The notes under the pieces are model-generated. The model was not told where the DNA came from and searched no databases. It saw only the letters and a program-made list of their open reading frames with translations. 64,000 nt of DNA, taken from contig CAXBQP010000002.1 of the NCBI GenBank assembly GCA_963978095.1, positions 81,733 to 145,732 of the forward strand. The letters run 5' to 3'. The position numbers and the translations under genes are program-made. Position 1 is the stretch's first letter. Every line of letters begins with the position of its first letter. Of the stretch, positions 14,795 to 26,727 are shown piece by piece. Origin of the DNA: an uncultured bacterium (GTDB lineage Bacteria > Gemmatimonadota > Gemmatimonadetes > Gemmatimonadales > Gemmatimonadaceae).

Positions 14795-15873
14795 TGGTCA
14801 CGCGCACCACGCCCCGTGGATTCGCGCTGCCCGTAGTGATCCTGGTGCTCTTCATCCTGACGAGCGCGATCGCCACAGGGGTGATGTTGATGCGCACCGA
14901 GCGTCGGCTCAACGACAACGGGGACGAGCTGCTGCGCGCCCGCCTGCTCGCCGAGTCGGGTTTGCAGCGTGCCGTCGGCGACCGCGCGGCCCTGGGACTG
15001 GCGGCGGTGCCGACGGCGAATGACAGCGTGCGCGTGACCGTCAGCGACGGGTACTATGACGTCACGTCGACGATCCTTCGGCCCGCGGCGTCCCCGGTCC
15101 CCGCGCTGATCCTCTTGCGCTCCCACGCGGTCATCTCGCGCGCCAAGGTTGCGGGACAACCGGCGGCGAACTTCACCGTGTCCCTCGTGGCACGGGGACC
15201 GTCGGCTGGCAGTGTGACCTGGAGCATCCAAGGCGCATGGACCGCGGCCAACGGGGTGAACATCGACGGGAATGCCGGCTCGGTCAGTGGGACGGACAGC
15301 TGCGCGAAGTCGGCCGGTGGGACGGGAAGCGTGGCGGCGATCAGCGTGCCGGTGCGGGCGCTCGACAAGAACGGCTTCGAGGGAAACGCCAACAAATTGA
15401 GCGGATCGCAGAAGCTGGACACGCTGGCACTGACTTCGTCGGCGGCCGCCGACTCCATCCCCATCAATTGGTCGAGCCTGTCCAAGGGCACGGGGATCAC
15501 ACCGGACTTCACGGTGAGCGCCTCTGGATCCGGCTTCCCGGCGGCCTCGTACTTCACGTCGAATCCCACCAAGTGGCCATTGATCTTCATCAACAACTCG
15601 GGCGGCACCTTCAACTTCCCGAACTACCTGGTGCGGGGACTCGTCATCGTCGTGGGGAACGCGACGCTGACCGGAAACTCGCTCTTCCAAGGACTCATCG
15701 TGACCGGTGGGTATGTGAACACCGATGGGAGCAGTTCCATCCAAGGCTCCTTGATCACCGGGCTGGACTACAAGCTCGGGAAGACGCCCCAGCCCAACGA
15801 ACTGCGTGGTAACAAGACGACGCAGTACAACTCGTGTTACGTCAAGAATGCTCTGACACAGAAGATCTTCTGA
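14794..15873 (+). CDS. PilX/GspK-like large minor pilin
   Basis: ATG 14794 (TGATG overlap); PRG|FALPVVILVLFIL with non-Glu at +5; ARLLAESGL motif; beta-rich C-terminal domain. Confidence 0.8.
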   Translation: MVTRTTPRGFALPVVILVLFILTSAIATGVMLMRTERRLNDNGDELLRARLLAESGLQRAVGDRAALGLAAVPTANDSVRVTVSDGYYDVTSTILRPAASPVPALILLRSHAVISRAKVAGQPAANFTVSLVARGPSAGSVTWSIQGAWTAANGVNIDGNAGSVSGTDSCAKSAGGTGSVAAISVPVRALDKNGFEGNANKLSGSQKLDTLALTSSAAADSIPINWSSLSKGTGITPDFTVSASGSGFPAASYFTSNPTKWPLIFINNSGGTFNFPNYLVRGLVIVVGNATLTGNSLFQGLIVTGGYVNTDGSSSIQGSLITGLDYKLGKTPQPNELRGNKTTQYNSCYVKNALTQKIF

Positions 15874-15886
15874 GTCACGCGGTCAG

Positions 15887-15959
15887 AGCCGACGGCCGGG
15901 ATCGAACCGGCGACCGCCCGATTACAAATCGGGTGCTCTACCAACTGAGCTACATCGGC
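15887..15959 (-). tRNA. tRNA-Thr(UGU)
   Basis: GCCGATG...CGTCGGC-T; anticodon arm CCCGA-TTTGTAA-TCGGG. Confidence 0.96.
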
Positions 15960-16003
15960 GAATCAGGGGCGGCAGACGTCCAGGCCGACCCGTTCCAGCA
16001 CAC

Positions 16004-17416
16004 CTACCGCACCACCTTCCACCGCGTCCCGCCGGCGGCATCCTCGATCGCGATCCCCTTCTCCTCGATCGCCTGGCGGATCGCGTCGGCCTGCCCAAAG
16101 TCCCGGCGACCACGCGCCTCCGCACGCTGCCGCAGCTGCTCCTCCACCCACGCCGCCAGCGCGGCGTCGTCCACGCCGCGCTCAGGCACGATATCGAGCA
16201 CGGCGTTCACCCGCGCAAAGACCTCCCGGGCGCGAACCAAGGAGCCCTTGTCGATACCGCGACGGTCGAACTCGCGATTCGCCGCACTGATGAACTCGAA
16301 GAGCGCGGCCATGGCCCGCGGGGCGTTCAAATCGTCGTACAGCGCGGCGGTCGCCTCGATCATCAACGTCTCCGCCAGATGCGCCAGCTCCGGCGTGCCC
16401 GCGGACTCCCGCTCGAGACGGTCGGAAAAATCACCCACGCGCCGCACCGCTTCCTGACTCGCCTCGAGCGCCTCGCCCGAGAGATTCAACTGCTTGCGAT
16501 AGTGCGTGCTGAACACGAAATGCCGCAACGCCGCCGGACTCACCTTGTTGGCGCGGAGATCCGCCACGGTCGCCACATTGCCGACACGCTTGGCCATCTT
16601 GGTGCCGTCGGTGAGCAGGAACTCCCCATGGCACCAGCAGCGCGCGAAGGGCTTGCCGGTCGCGGCCTCGCTCTGCGCGATCTCGTCCTCGTGGTGCGGG
16701 AACATCAGGTCGATGCCCCCGGCATGCAGGTCGATCGTCTCGCCCAAGATGGCCATGGCCATCGCCGAGCACTCGAGATGCCATCCCGGACGCCCGCGCC
16801 CCCACGGGGAATCCCACGCGGCCTCACACGCCTCGTCCTCGGACTTGGCCGACTTCCAGAGCGCGAAGTCCTGCGCATTCTCCTTGGCGTACTCGTCCTG
16901 CGACACGCGCGCCCCGGACTTGATCTCGCGCGTATCGAGACGCGAGAGCTTGCCGTAGGCCGGGAACTTGTCGATGGCGAAGTACACCGAGCCGTCGTCG
17001 GCCTTGTAGGCCACGCCCTTCGCCTCGAGGCGCTGGACGAGCGTGATCATCTCCGCGATGTAGTCCGTGGCGCGCGGATAATGCTCGGCGCGCTGCACGC
17101 GCAGGAACTCGCGGTCGGCATGGAAGGTCTCGACCACGGGGTCCGTGACCTGGCGGATGGTCCTCCCCTGCTCGGTGGCGCGCTTGATGATCTTGTCGTC
17201 GACGTCGGTCAGGTTCATCACCTGCTCGACGTTCCACCCGCGCAACCGGATCACCCGCCGCAGCAAATCCTCGAAGAGGAAGGTGCGGAAGTTCCCGAGG
17301 TGCGCGGGATTGTACACGGTCGGACCGCAGGTGTAGAGACGCACGGTGTGGCCGTCCGCGGGAGCGAACGGTTCATCCTGGCGCGTGAGCGAGTTGTACA
17401 GGCGGAGTTCCGGCAC
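16004..17416 (-). CDS. cysS: Cysteine--tRNA ligase
   Basis: CGPTVY..HLGN, DFALWK, GRPGWHLECSAM, FPHHEDE, KMAKR (KMSKS variant). Confidence 0.98.
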   Translation of the reverse strand: MPELRLYNSLTRQDEPFAPADGHTVRLYTCGPTVYNPAHLGNFRTFLFEDLLRRVIRLRGWNVEQVMNLTDVDDKIIKRATEQGRTIRQVTDPVVETFHADREFLRVQRAEHYPRATDYIAEMITLVQRLEAKGVAYKADDGSVYFAIDKFPAYGKLSRLDTREIKSGARVSQDEYAKENAQDFALWKSAKSEDEACEAAWDSPWGRGRPGWHLECSAMAMAILGETIDLHAGGIDLMFPHHEDEIAQSEAATGKPFARCWCHGEFLLTDGTKMAKRVGNVATVADLRANKVSPAALRHFVFSTHYRKQLNLSGEALEASQEAVRRVGDFSDRLERESAGTPELAHLAETLMIEATAALYDDLNAPRAMAALFEFISAANREFDRRGIDKGSLVRAREVFARVNAVLDIVPERGVDDAALAAWVEEQLRQRAEARGRRDFGQADAIRQAIEEKGIAIEDAAGGTRWKVVR

Positions 17417-17425
17417 GCCTGAAAA

Positions 17426-18508
17426 CTAGCCCGACTGCGTATCCCCGTACACCCGCTGAATGAGAATCGTGCGGACGAGAACCATCATCACGGCGAGCAG
17501 CGGGACTGCCACGAGGAGGCCGACGGGGCCGAGCACCTGCCCCACGACCAGCACCGCCATGATGGAGAAGACCGGCGGGAGGTGGACGCCGCGCTGCATG
17601 ATCAGGGGCGCGACGAGATTCCCTTCGATCAGATGCACGACCACGCCGATCAACGTCACCACGACCGCTCCGGCCATCCCCCCTTCGCCGCCGAGTACGA
17701 ACAGAGCCGGCAGCACGGTGGAGACGAGCGTTCCGAAGAAGGGAACGATGGCGGCCACCCCGGCGAAGATCCCGAAGGTGAGCCAGTACGGCACCTTGGC
17801 GAAGTAGAACAGGATCGCGGTGAGGGCGCCGAGGACCGTCATCGCAAGCAGTTGCGAGAGGACCCAGGAGCGCAGCGTCTTGCTCAGCGCGGCCAGGATA
17901 TCGCGTGTCGCATCGCGATACGCGGGCGGGGTGACGGCCACGACCATCGCCTCGTACTCCTTGGGATGCAGCGCCATGTACAGTCCCATGACCCCGACCG
18001 AGACGATCTCGATGGCGCCGTGCACGAGGTCGAACACCTTGGGAAGAAGTCCGCTCGCGAACCCCTGCGCCTCGCTCAGGGCGGTCTGGATGAGCTCCGT
18101 CTGGTGCTCGGCGCCGATGTACGGGTCGAGAAAGGGATACCGCGTGACGAGCGCCGCGAGCTGCAGCTTCCAGTTGGCCGCGATCTCCGGGAAGCGCGAG
18201 ACCAGCAGTCGCGTCTGCTCGACGACGGGCGGCACGAGCAGCGCCCAGAGCATCCAGGCGAGCACGGCGGAACAGCCGACCGCCGCCATGAACGCGACGC
18301 GGACCGGGAGTTTGAGCCCGGACTGGAACAGATCGCGGACGGCATCCAGATAGACGGCGAGGAGTACGGCGAGGAAGAAGAGCAGCAGGATCGACGCGAC
18401 GCTCTGCGCGAGCACCACCAGGGTCGCAACGATGATGACCCCCGCCAGCCCCGGGGCCAGCTGCACCAGCCGGGACTCGGCGGGTGCGCCGCTTCCGCGC
18501 GCCATCAC
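17426..18508 (-). CDS. AI-2E family (PerM-like) transporter
   Basis: Multi-TM protein; IVPFFG, LIEGNLVAPLI, GPVGLLVAVPL. Confidence 0.9.
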   Translation of the reverse strand: MMARGSGAPAESRLVQLAPGLAGVIIVATLVVLAQSVASILLLFFLAVLLAVYLDAVRDLFQSGLKLPVRVAFMAAVGCSAVLAWMLWALLVPPVVEQTRLLVSRFPEIAANWKLQLAALVTRYPFLDPYIGAEHQTELIQTALSEAQGFASGLLPKVFDLVHGAIEIVSVGVMGLYMALHPKEYEAMVVAVTPPAYRDATRDILAALSKTLRSWVLSQLLAMTVLGALTAILFYFAKVPYWLTFGIFAGVAAIVPFFGTLVSTVLPALFVLGGEGGMAGAVVVTLIGVVVHLIEGNLVAPLIMQRGVHLPPVFSIMAVLVVGQVLGPVGLLVAVPLLAVMMVLVRTILIQRVYGDTQSG

Positions 18509-18510
18509 CG

Positions 18511-19269
18511 CTACTGCTTGTCCCGGATCTCGGCCTGCACGATTTCCTCACCCGCGCCGAGTCGGCGGGGTGCCGAGGCCGTGCCCGGCAAGAGACCCAT
18601 CTTCTGCTTGAGGGCCAGGAGCTTGTCTTCGGCGCTGGCCGAACCCGCGGCCTTCTCGAGCTGCTTGAAATCGCTGGCCAAGCGATCGCCCGAGAACTCC
18701 TCGTTGATCTCGGCGCTCGCCTTGATCATGCGCTCGTTGGTGTCGATTTTCGCTTCCATGCGGGCGAAGGCGTCGAAGGCGCTGTTCTCGCTCATCCCCG
18801 ACATGGTCTCGGCGATCTGTTGCTGGGCTTGCGCCCGCCGCTGGCGAGCCAGCAGGAGGTTCTTCTTGCGCTTGGCTTCTTCGATCTTGTCGTTGAGGTC
18901 GCGCAGGGAGTTCTTGAGCTTCTCCGTTTCCGCCTGCTGCGCGGCCCAGGTGGCGTGGAGCTGCTCGCCGTGGCTCTGGTGCTCGCCCTGGCGGACGAGC
19001 GCCTGCCGCGCGAGATCCTCGCGATTCTCCTTGAGGGCGAGCATCGCCTTGCTCTCCCAATCGGCGGCGGCCTTGAACTCGGCCTCGGCCTGGTCCTTCA
19101 ACTTCTTCTCGTCGGCGATGGCGGAGGCCACCTGCTGCTTGGCCTTCGTCAACTGATTGCGCATGTCCACGAGGATCTGGTCCAGCATCTTCTCCGGATC
19201 CTCGGCCTTCGAGATCAGGTCATTGATGTTGGACTTGAACAACGTCGCGATGCGGTCGAAAATACCCAT
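18511..19269 (-). CDS. pspA: PspA/IM30 family protein
   Basis: MGIFDRI...NINDLISKAEDPEKML, REDLARQAL, AFARMEAKI; coiled coil. Confidence 0.95.
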   Translation of the reverse strand: MGIFDRIATLFKSNINDLISKAEDPEKMLDQILVDMRNQLTKAKQQVASAIADEKKLKDQAEAEFKAAADWESKAMLALKENREDLARQALVRQGEHQSHGEQLHATWAAQQAETEKLKNSLRDLNDKIEEAKRKKNLLLARQRRAQAQQQIAETMSGMSENSAFDAFARMEAKIDTNERMIKASAEINEEFSGDRLASDFKQLEKAAGSASAEDKLLALKQKMGLLPGTASAPRRLGAGEEIVQAEIRDKQ

Positions 19270-19271
19270 CG

Positions 19272-19676
19272 TCAGCGAGCCTCTCGGTACGACGCGAGCT
19301 CGCGAATGTGCGACGCCAGCGCCAGGGTGATGCTTTCGTAGGCGGCGAGGAACTCCTCGAAGTCGAGATGGCTCAACTCGAGGGCCTCGGTGAGGACCAC
19401 GGTGTTCTGCTGGATGCCGTAGGAGCCGTGGAGCAGATCCGTGGCATTGAGTTCGAGCAGACGACGCGCGAGGGCGTTGAGTTGCGTGGCGTCAGCCGGA
19501 AGCTCCATGACGTTGACGCGGAGCACGACGACCGGCGGCGATCGATGGACGACCACGCCGAAGTCGAGTTCGCCCGCCGGCTTGATGTTCCAGATGCCCG
19601 GGCCGATTTCGGTGTGCGTGGCGCCGTCGGCCGCGAGTCGGTCGAGGAAGTGCTCGATGTCTTCTTGCGTGACCAT
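19272..19676 (-). CDS. YbjN/CesT-like (type III secretion chaperone fold) protein
   Basis: 134 aa; PPVVVLRVNVM...RRLLELNATDLLHGSYGI; 2 nt upstream of pspA. Confidence 0.7.
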   Translation of the reverse strand: MVTQEDIEHFLDRLAADGATHTEIGPGIWNIKPAGELDFGVVVHRSPPVVVLRVNVMELPADATQLNALARRLLELNATDLLHGSYGIQQNTVVLTEALELSHLDFEEFLAAYESITLALASHIRELASYREAR

Positions 19677-19800
19677 GGGTGTGCTCCGTTGGATGCAGGC
19701 CTCCCTACGGAGACCTGCCCCAGTGAAGTTTCACCACGACACGCGGATTGCGCCAGAGAGGGGCCGCCCGGCGGCGCTTCAGGGGGCGCGGTGGCGAGGC

Positions 19801-21174
19801 TCAGCGCGTCCAGATCAGCACGACGCCGCACCCGTTGGCCGGGTCGTACTGGGTCGGGATGGAGCCGAAGCCCTTGTAGATCTCGACGGCGCGGATCTCC
19901 TCGGGGCGGAAGAAGTTGGAGAGGTCTTCGATGGCACTGGTCCCGCCGGTCGCCCCGCCGGACATGGCCCCGCCCGCCCCGGACGTTCCCCCCATCCATC
20001 GGATGCCGTCCACGAAATACGTGGGAGCGCAGTTGTTGCTTGAGGACCCTCGCATCAGCAGGTTGCGCTTGCCGTCGCGTGACATGCTGTACGTGAGGCC
20101 TGCGCGCGACAGCAGGCTGAGCATGTCGGCCGGTTGGCGGCGCTCGATCTCATCGGCGGTGATGTACTGCCCCAACCCGGTCTTCTGTCGTTCGGCGAAC
20201 TCGGCGAACCGGCCGCGCGCGGTCTGTTTGCCGCTGATGGCGACCATCGGAAGTTCGACCACCGCCGTGGTGAAATCGATATCGACCCGCTTCGGGATCT
20301 CGGCCTCGAGATCGACACTCATCCGTGCCGGGCGGGCGCCGATCACGCGGGCTTCGATGAGTTGCGTACCTGCGGGGGCATTCGGCAGGGCATAGCGCCC
20401 CTGGGCATCGGTGCGCGTCGACACGATGCCCGGCCCGACCGACACGGCCGCGTCGGCTGCGGGCTTTCCGTTGGCGGCGCGCACGATACCGCTGAGCGCG
20501 GTGCGGCCGCTGCCGTCGAGGTTGAGTACGAAGTCGCGGCGCAGGACGACGCGGTCGTTCAGAAAGATCTCGACCGGGCCCGTGCGCGCCGAGTCGCGCG
20601 AAGCGCGCAGTTCGGTGCTGATGTCCGTCGGCACGAAGCAGAGCACGTATGCTCCGGTCGCCAGGGTCCGCGTCGTGGCCGACCGCGGGTTGCGGCGCAT
20701 CGCGTTGTGCAGCTCCACCTCGACCCATTCGGTCTGGACCTGCGCCCCGGGCACCGGCAGACCGGTCGTGGCGTCCCGGACGGTGCCGAGCACGAGGCCG
20801 GTTTCGGGCTCGGCGTTCGGACAGACGCGACGCACCAAGTCGCTCGGACTCGGCGTGGACAGCCGGAGGAGGGGTGCCGAGGTATCGGCGACGACGAACT
20901 GTTGCGTCGGGGCCGCGATCGAGAGGGAATCGAGGACCGGATGCAGGAAGGTCACGGACCAGGTCCCGGCGGGAATCCGTTGCGCGAAGGTGAAATGCCC
21001 GCTGGCGTCGGTGGTGGTGAAGAGGTTGAGCTCGGTGATGACGACGCTCGCGTCCACGAGCGCCGCCTTGGTGCGCAGGGAGTCGTAGACGTAGCCGCTG
21101 ACCACCGCTTGCGCCGTTCCCCGCTGAGCGACGGCACAGAGCAGTGCGGCGTACAGGAGGCGAAATCGGCGCAT
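19801..21174 (-). CDS. Secreted protein with carboxypeptidase-regulatory-like domains and a C-terminal TonB-plug-like domain
   Basis: Signal peptide MRRFRLLYAALLCAVA; repeated GxVRD/TTTDASGHF units; YFVDG...PEEIRAVEIYKG...GCGVVLIWTR. Confidence 0.75.
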   Translation of the reverse strand: MRRFRLLYAALLCAVAQRGTAQAVVSGYVYDSLRTKAALVDASVVITELNLFTTTDASGHFTFAQRIPAGTWSVTFLHPVLDSLSIAAPTQQFVVADTSAPLLRLSTPSPSDLVRRVCPNAEPETGLVLGTVRDATTGLPVPGAQVQTEWVEVELHNAMRRNPRSATTRTLATGAYVLCFVPTDISTELRASRDSARTGPVEIFLNDRVVLRRDFVLNLDGSGRTALSGIVRAANGKPAADAAVSVGPGIVSTRTDAQGRYALPNAPAGTQLIEARVIGARPARMSVDLEAEIPKRVDIDFTTAVVELPMVAISGKQTARGRFAEFAERQKTGLGQYITADEIERRQPADMLSLLSRAGLTYSMSRDGKRNLLMRGSSSNNCAPTYFVDGIRWMGGTSGAGGAMSGGATGGTSAIEDLSNFFRPEEIRAVEIYKGFGSIPTQYDPANGCGVVLIWTR

Positions 21175-21184
21175 CGGCGATCGG

Positions 21185-22063
21185 TCAGGAGCGTTTGATC
21201 TGCACGAGGCGTTCGCGGGCGAGCCGACGTCCCGTGGGGGTCGCCGCGAGTCCACCGCCGGCGGTCTCGCGGTAGCGGACGTCCATCTCGCGTCCGATGT
21301 CGCCCATCACGTCGATCACTTCGTCGGCGGGAATCGCGAAGGTCACGCCGGCGAGCGCCATCTCGATGGCGGCCATGGCAATCGCGGCCCCGGTGGCGTT
21401 CCGGAACACACAGGGCAGCTCGACGAGCCCGCCGAGCGGGTCACAGACGAGTCCCAGCGTCCCCTGCTGCGCGAGGGCGACGGCATGTCCCACCTGACTC
21501 GGCGAACCCCCGAGCATCTCGGTGGCGGCGCCAGCCGCCATGCCGGCCGCGGCGCCGGTCTCCGCTTGGCAGCCCCCTTCGGCGCCACTGAGCGAGGCGC
21601 GCTCGGCGACGACGGCACCGATCAGTCCCGCCGTTGCGAGCGCGCTGACGAGTGCCGCCTCACCGATGCCGCGCGCGGCGGCGATCCCCGTGAGCACGGC
21701 GGGGAGAACGCCAGCCCCACCCGCGGTGGGGGCGGCGACGATCACTCCCATGGCGGCGTTGACTTCCTGAACCGCAAGTGCGCGGGCGAGGACATCGCGA
21801 AAGAGCGTGTTGGCGAGCGGGCCGTTGCCACTGGCCATGAGCTTGGCCGCGTCGCCCCCGACGAGTCCGCTGGCACTCGTGAGATCGCCAACGACCCCCT
21901 GCTCCACCGCGCCGCGCATGACGATGAGGGCGCGGTGCAGCGCGTCACGGATCTCGGCGATCGGGCGCGCCTGATCGGCGGCCTCGGCTTCGAGGGCGAC
22001 CTCGCTCAGGGACTTGCCCTGGGCCTCGGCGTCGCGGATGGCGTCGGCGAGTGCGCGATACAC
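21185..22063 (-). CDS. sdaAA: L-serine dehydratase alpha subunit (Fe-S)
   Basis: IVAAPTAGGAGVLP, SGAEGGCQAE, GLVCDP..GLVELPC, RETAGGGLA. Confidence 0.95.
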   Translation of the reverse strand: MYRALADAIRDAEAQGKSLSEVALEAEAADQARPIAEIRDALHRALIVMRGAVEQGVVGDLTSASGLVGGDAAKLMASGNGPLANTLFRDVLARALAVQEVNAAMGVIVAAPTAGGAGVLPAVLTGIAAARGIGEAALVSALATAGLIGAVVAERASLSGAEGGCQAETGAAAGMAAGAATEMLGGSPSQVGHAVALAQQGTLGLVCDPLGGLVELPCVFRNATGAAIAMAAIEMALAGVTFAIPADEVIDVMGDIGREMDVRYRETAGGGLAATPTGRRLARERLVQIKRS

Positions 22064-22730
22064 TAGGCGCTGACCTTGTCGAGGCGGTGGGTCCAGCGGA
22101 CCCAGGGGAGCGCACGCAGATCGTCGCGGACCTGTTCCCCCGGTTCTTCGTCGACCTCGATCACCATGAACGCATCGCCGCCGCGCTGCTGACGGGTGAG
22201 CCGCAGGGTGGCGATGTTGACCCCGTCCTCGGCGAGCAACGTCGCGATGCGGGCAATCGAGCCTTTGATGTCCTCGGCCACGAGCACGATCGTGTGATGG
22301 CTTCCGCTGACTTCGACGGGATATCCGTCGATCTCGGTGATGCGGATGCGCCCCGCGCCGATCGACTCGCCGATGAGCGAGTGATGGCGGTGGGCGCGGT
22401 CGAGGGTGATGCGCACGGTGTTGGGGTGCGCGTCGTCGCGGATGGTGGTCTTTTCGAAGCTGAAGTCGAGGCCTTCCTTCTCGGCGATCTCCAGCGCCTG
22501 CCGGATGCGGTCGTCGTCGGGACGGAAGCCGAGCAGCCCGCCGATGATCGCCTTGTCGGTGCCGTGCCCTTCACCGGTGCGGGCGAAGGAGCCGTGGAGC
22601 TCGATGCGGGCGCGTTCGAAGGTGCCGCCCACCAGTCCACGCGCGAGGAGCCCGATGCGGCAGGCACCGGCCGTGTGGCTGCTGCTGGGCCCGACCATGA
22701 CGGGGCCGATGATGTCGAGCAGTGAGACCA

Positions 22731-22731
<1 letters not shown>
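22063..22731 (-). CDS. sdaAB: L-serine dehydratase beta subunit with ACT domain
   Basis: IIGPVMVGPSSSHTAGA, GSFARTGEGHGTD, HPNT. Confidence 0.95.
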
Positions 22732-25556
<2,825 letters not shown>

Positions 25557-25721
25557 AGCCTGATAAAACTGGGGACGGCACCTCACCGGGACAAGCGCGG
25601 GAACACCAGAAGTTTCTGATGGCGCGTCGTTCGTCGCCCCTCGGCATTGCGCCGGGTGGGCACGTAGATTGGAGGGAGGCTCCGCACCGGTTCCGCGCCC
25701 TCCCCCCATTTCATCCCCTCG

Positions 25722-26711
25722 TTGTCGTATCCCTCCGGCGTGCATTCTTCCGATTCCGAGCAGCTGCCTCTTGGAGTGTTCGACCTCGCACCGGCGGGAG
25801 TAGACCGTTCGCTCGTCGGCACCCTGCTCGCGGACGCGCCCCCACGCGAACCTCCGGTGTGTGGGGAGTGGTCGTTCGATGTCAGCGACGATTTTGATGC
25901 GCGTGCTGCGGCGTTGCTCGCCGGCACGGCTCCAGCGCCCTCATTGACACCCGAGTTGCGCGCGGCACCACCCGCGCCTCCCGCGCCGATGCCGGCCAGC
26001 GCGCCCGTGGCGCCAGCGGCGCCGGCCATTCCGCCCAAGCCCGCCGCGCTGCGTCCGGCGTCGGAGGGACGCCCGCCGGGCTACGGCTCTGGGGAGTTTC
26101 AGCTCGGCAATCCGCGCGCGGGTGACGCGAAGCCCGTGGCGGCGACTCCCCTTCCGGCACTCGCCGAGTTGCGAAGCGTCCACGAGGCGCAGCCCAGCGA
26201 GGCGGCCGTGGCCATCGCGCTTGCCACGGCGCTGGATCAGCGGGGGAACATCGAGGGAGCGCTGAGTGTGCTGCTCCGCTCCATCGAGGCGGGCGCCGAC
26301 GGCGTCGCCCTGCGGTGTGCCCGGGCCACCATCCTCGCGGGCCGGCTTCGCTTCGACGATGCCGAGGCGGAGCTGCAACGCGCCGCGAAGCTCCGCGCGG
26401 ACGACACGGACGTGCTCTTGCTGCAGGGTATTCTTGCCTGTCGCCGCGCCAAATGGCGCGAGGCGATCGAGCCGCTGACGCGTGTGGTGAAGATCGATCC
26501 GTCGTCGGCGTCGGCGCATTTCTACCTCGGCGAGGCGCTGAGCCGATTCGATCGCTGGCCGGAGGCGTTGGCGGCGTACGAGCGCGCGACGGAGCTCGAG
26601 TCCACGAACTGGCGCGCGTGGAAGGGCGCTGGCATGGTCCTGGACCGGCTTGGACGCTCGGCGGACGCCGCCACGTTCTATCGCCGCGCTCGCGACGTCC
26701 AGCGCGGCTGA
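25722..26711 (+). CDS. TPR protein with a Pro/Ala-rich N-terminal region
   Basis: TPR-like helices ([29 protein letters not shown]); start uncertain. Confidence 0.75.
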   Translation: MSYPSGVHSSDSEQLPLGVFDLAPAGVDRSLVGTLLADAPPREPPVCGEWSFDVSDDFDARAAALLAGTAPAPSLTPELRAAPPAPPAPMPASAPVAPAAPAIPPKPAALRPASEGRPPGYGSGEFQLGNPRAGDAKPVAATPLPALAELRSVHEAQPSEAAVAIALATALDQRGNIEGALSVLLRSIEAGADGVALRCARATILAGRLRFDDAEAELQRAAKLRADDTDVLLLQGILACRRAKWREAIEPLTRVVKIDPSSASAHFYLGEALSRFDRWPEALAAYERATELESTNWRAWKGAGMVLDRLGRSADAATFYRRARDVQRG

Positions 26712-26727
26712 CCGGGAGCGTCGGCGC

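Noticed and set aside
25557..25568. Leaderless promoter for uvrA (TTTTAT-6nt-ATG)
   Set aside because: Spacing fits, but the hexamer lacks the conserved A at position 2, so it was not counted
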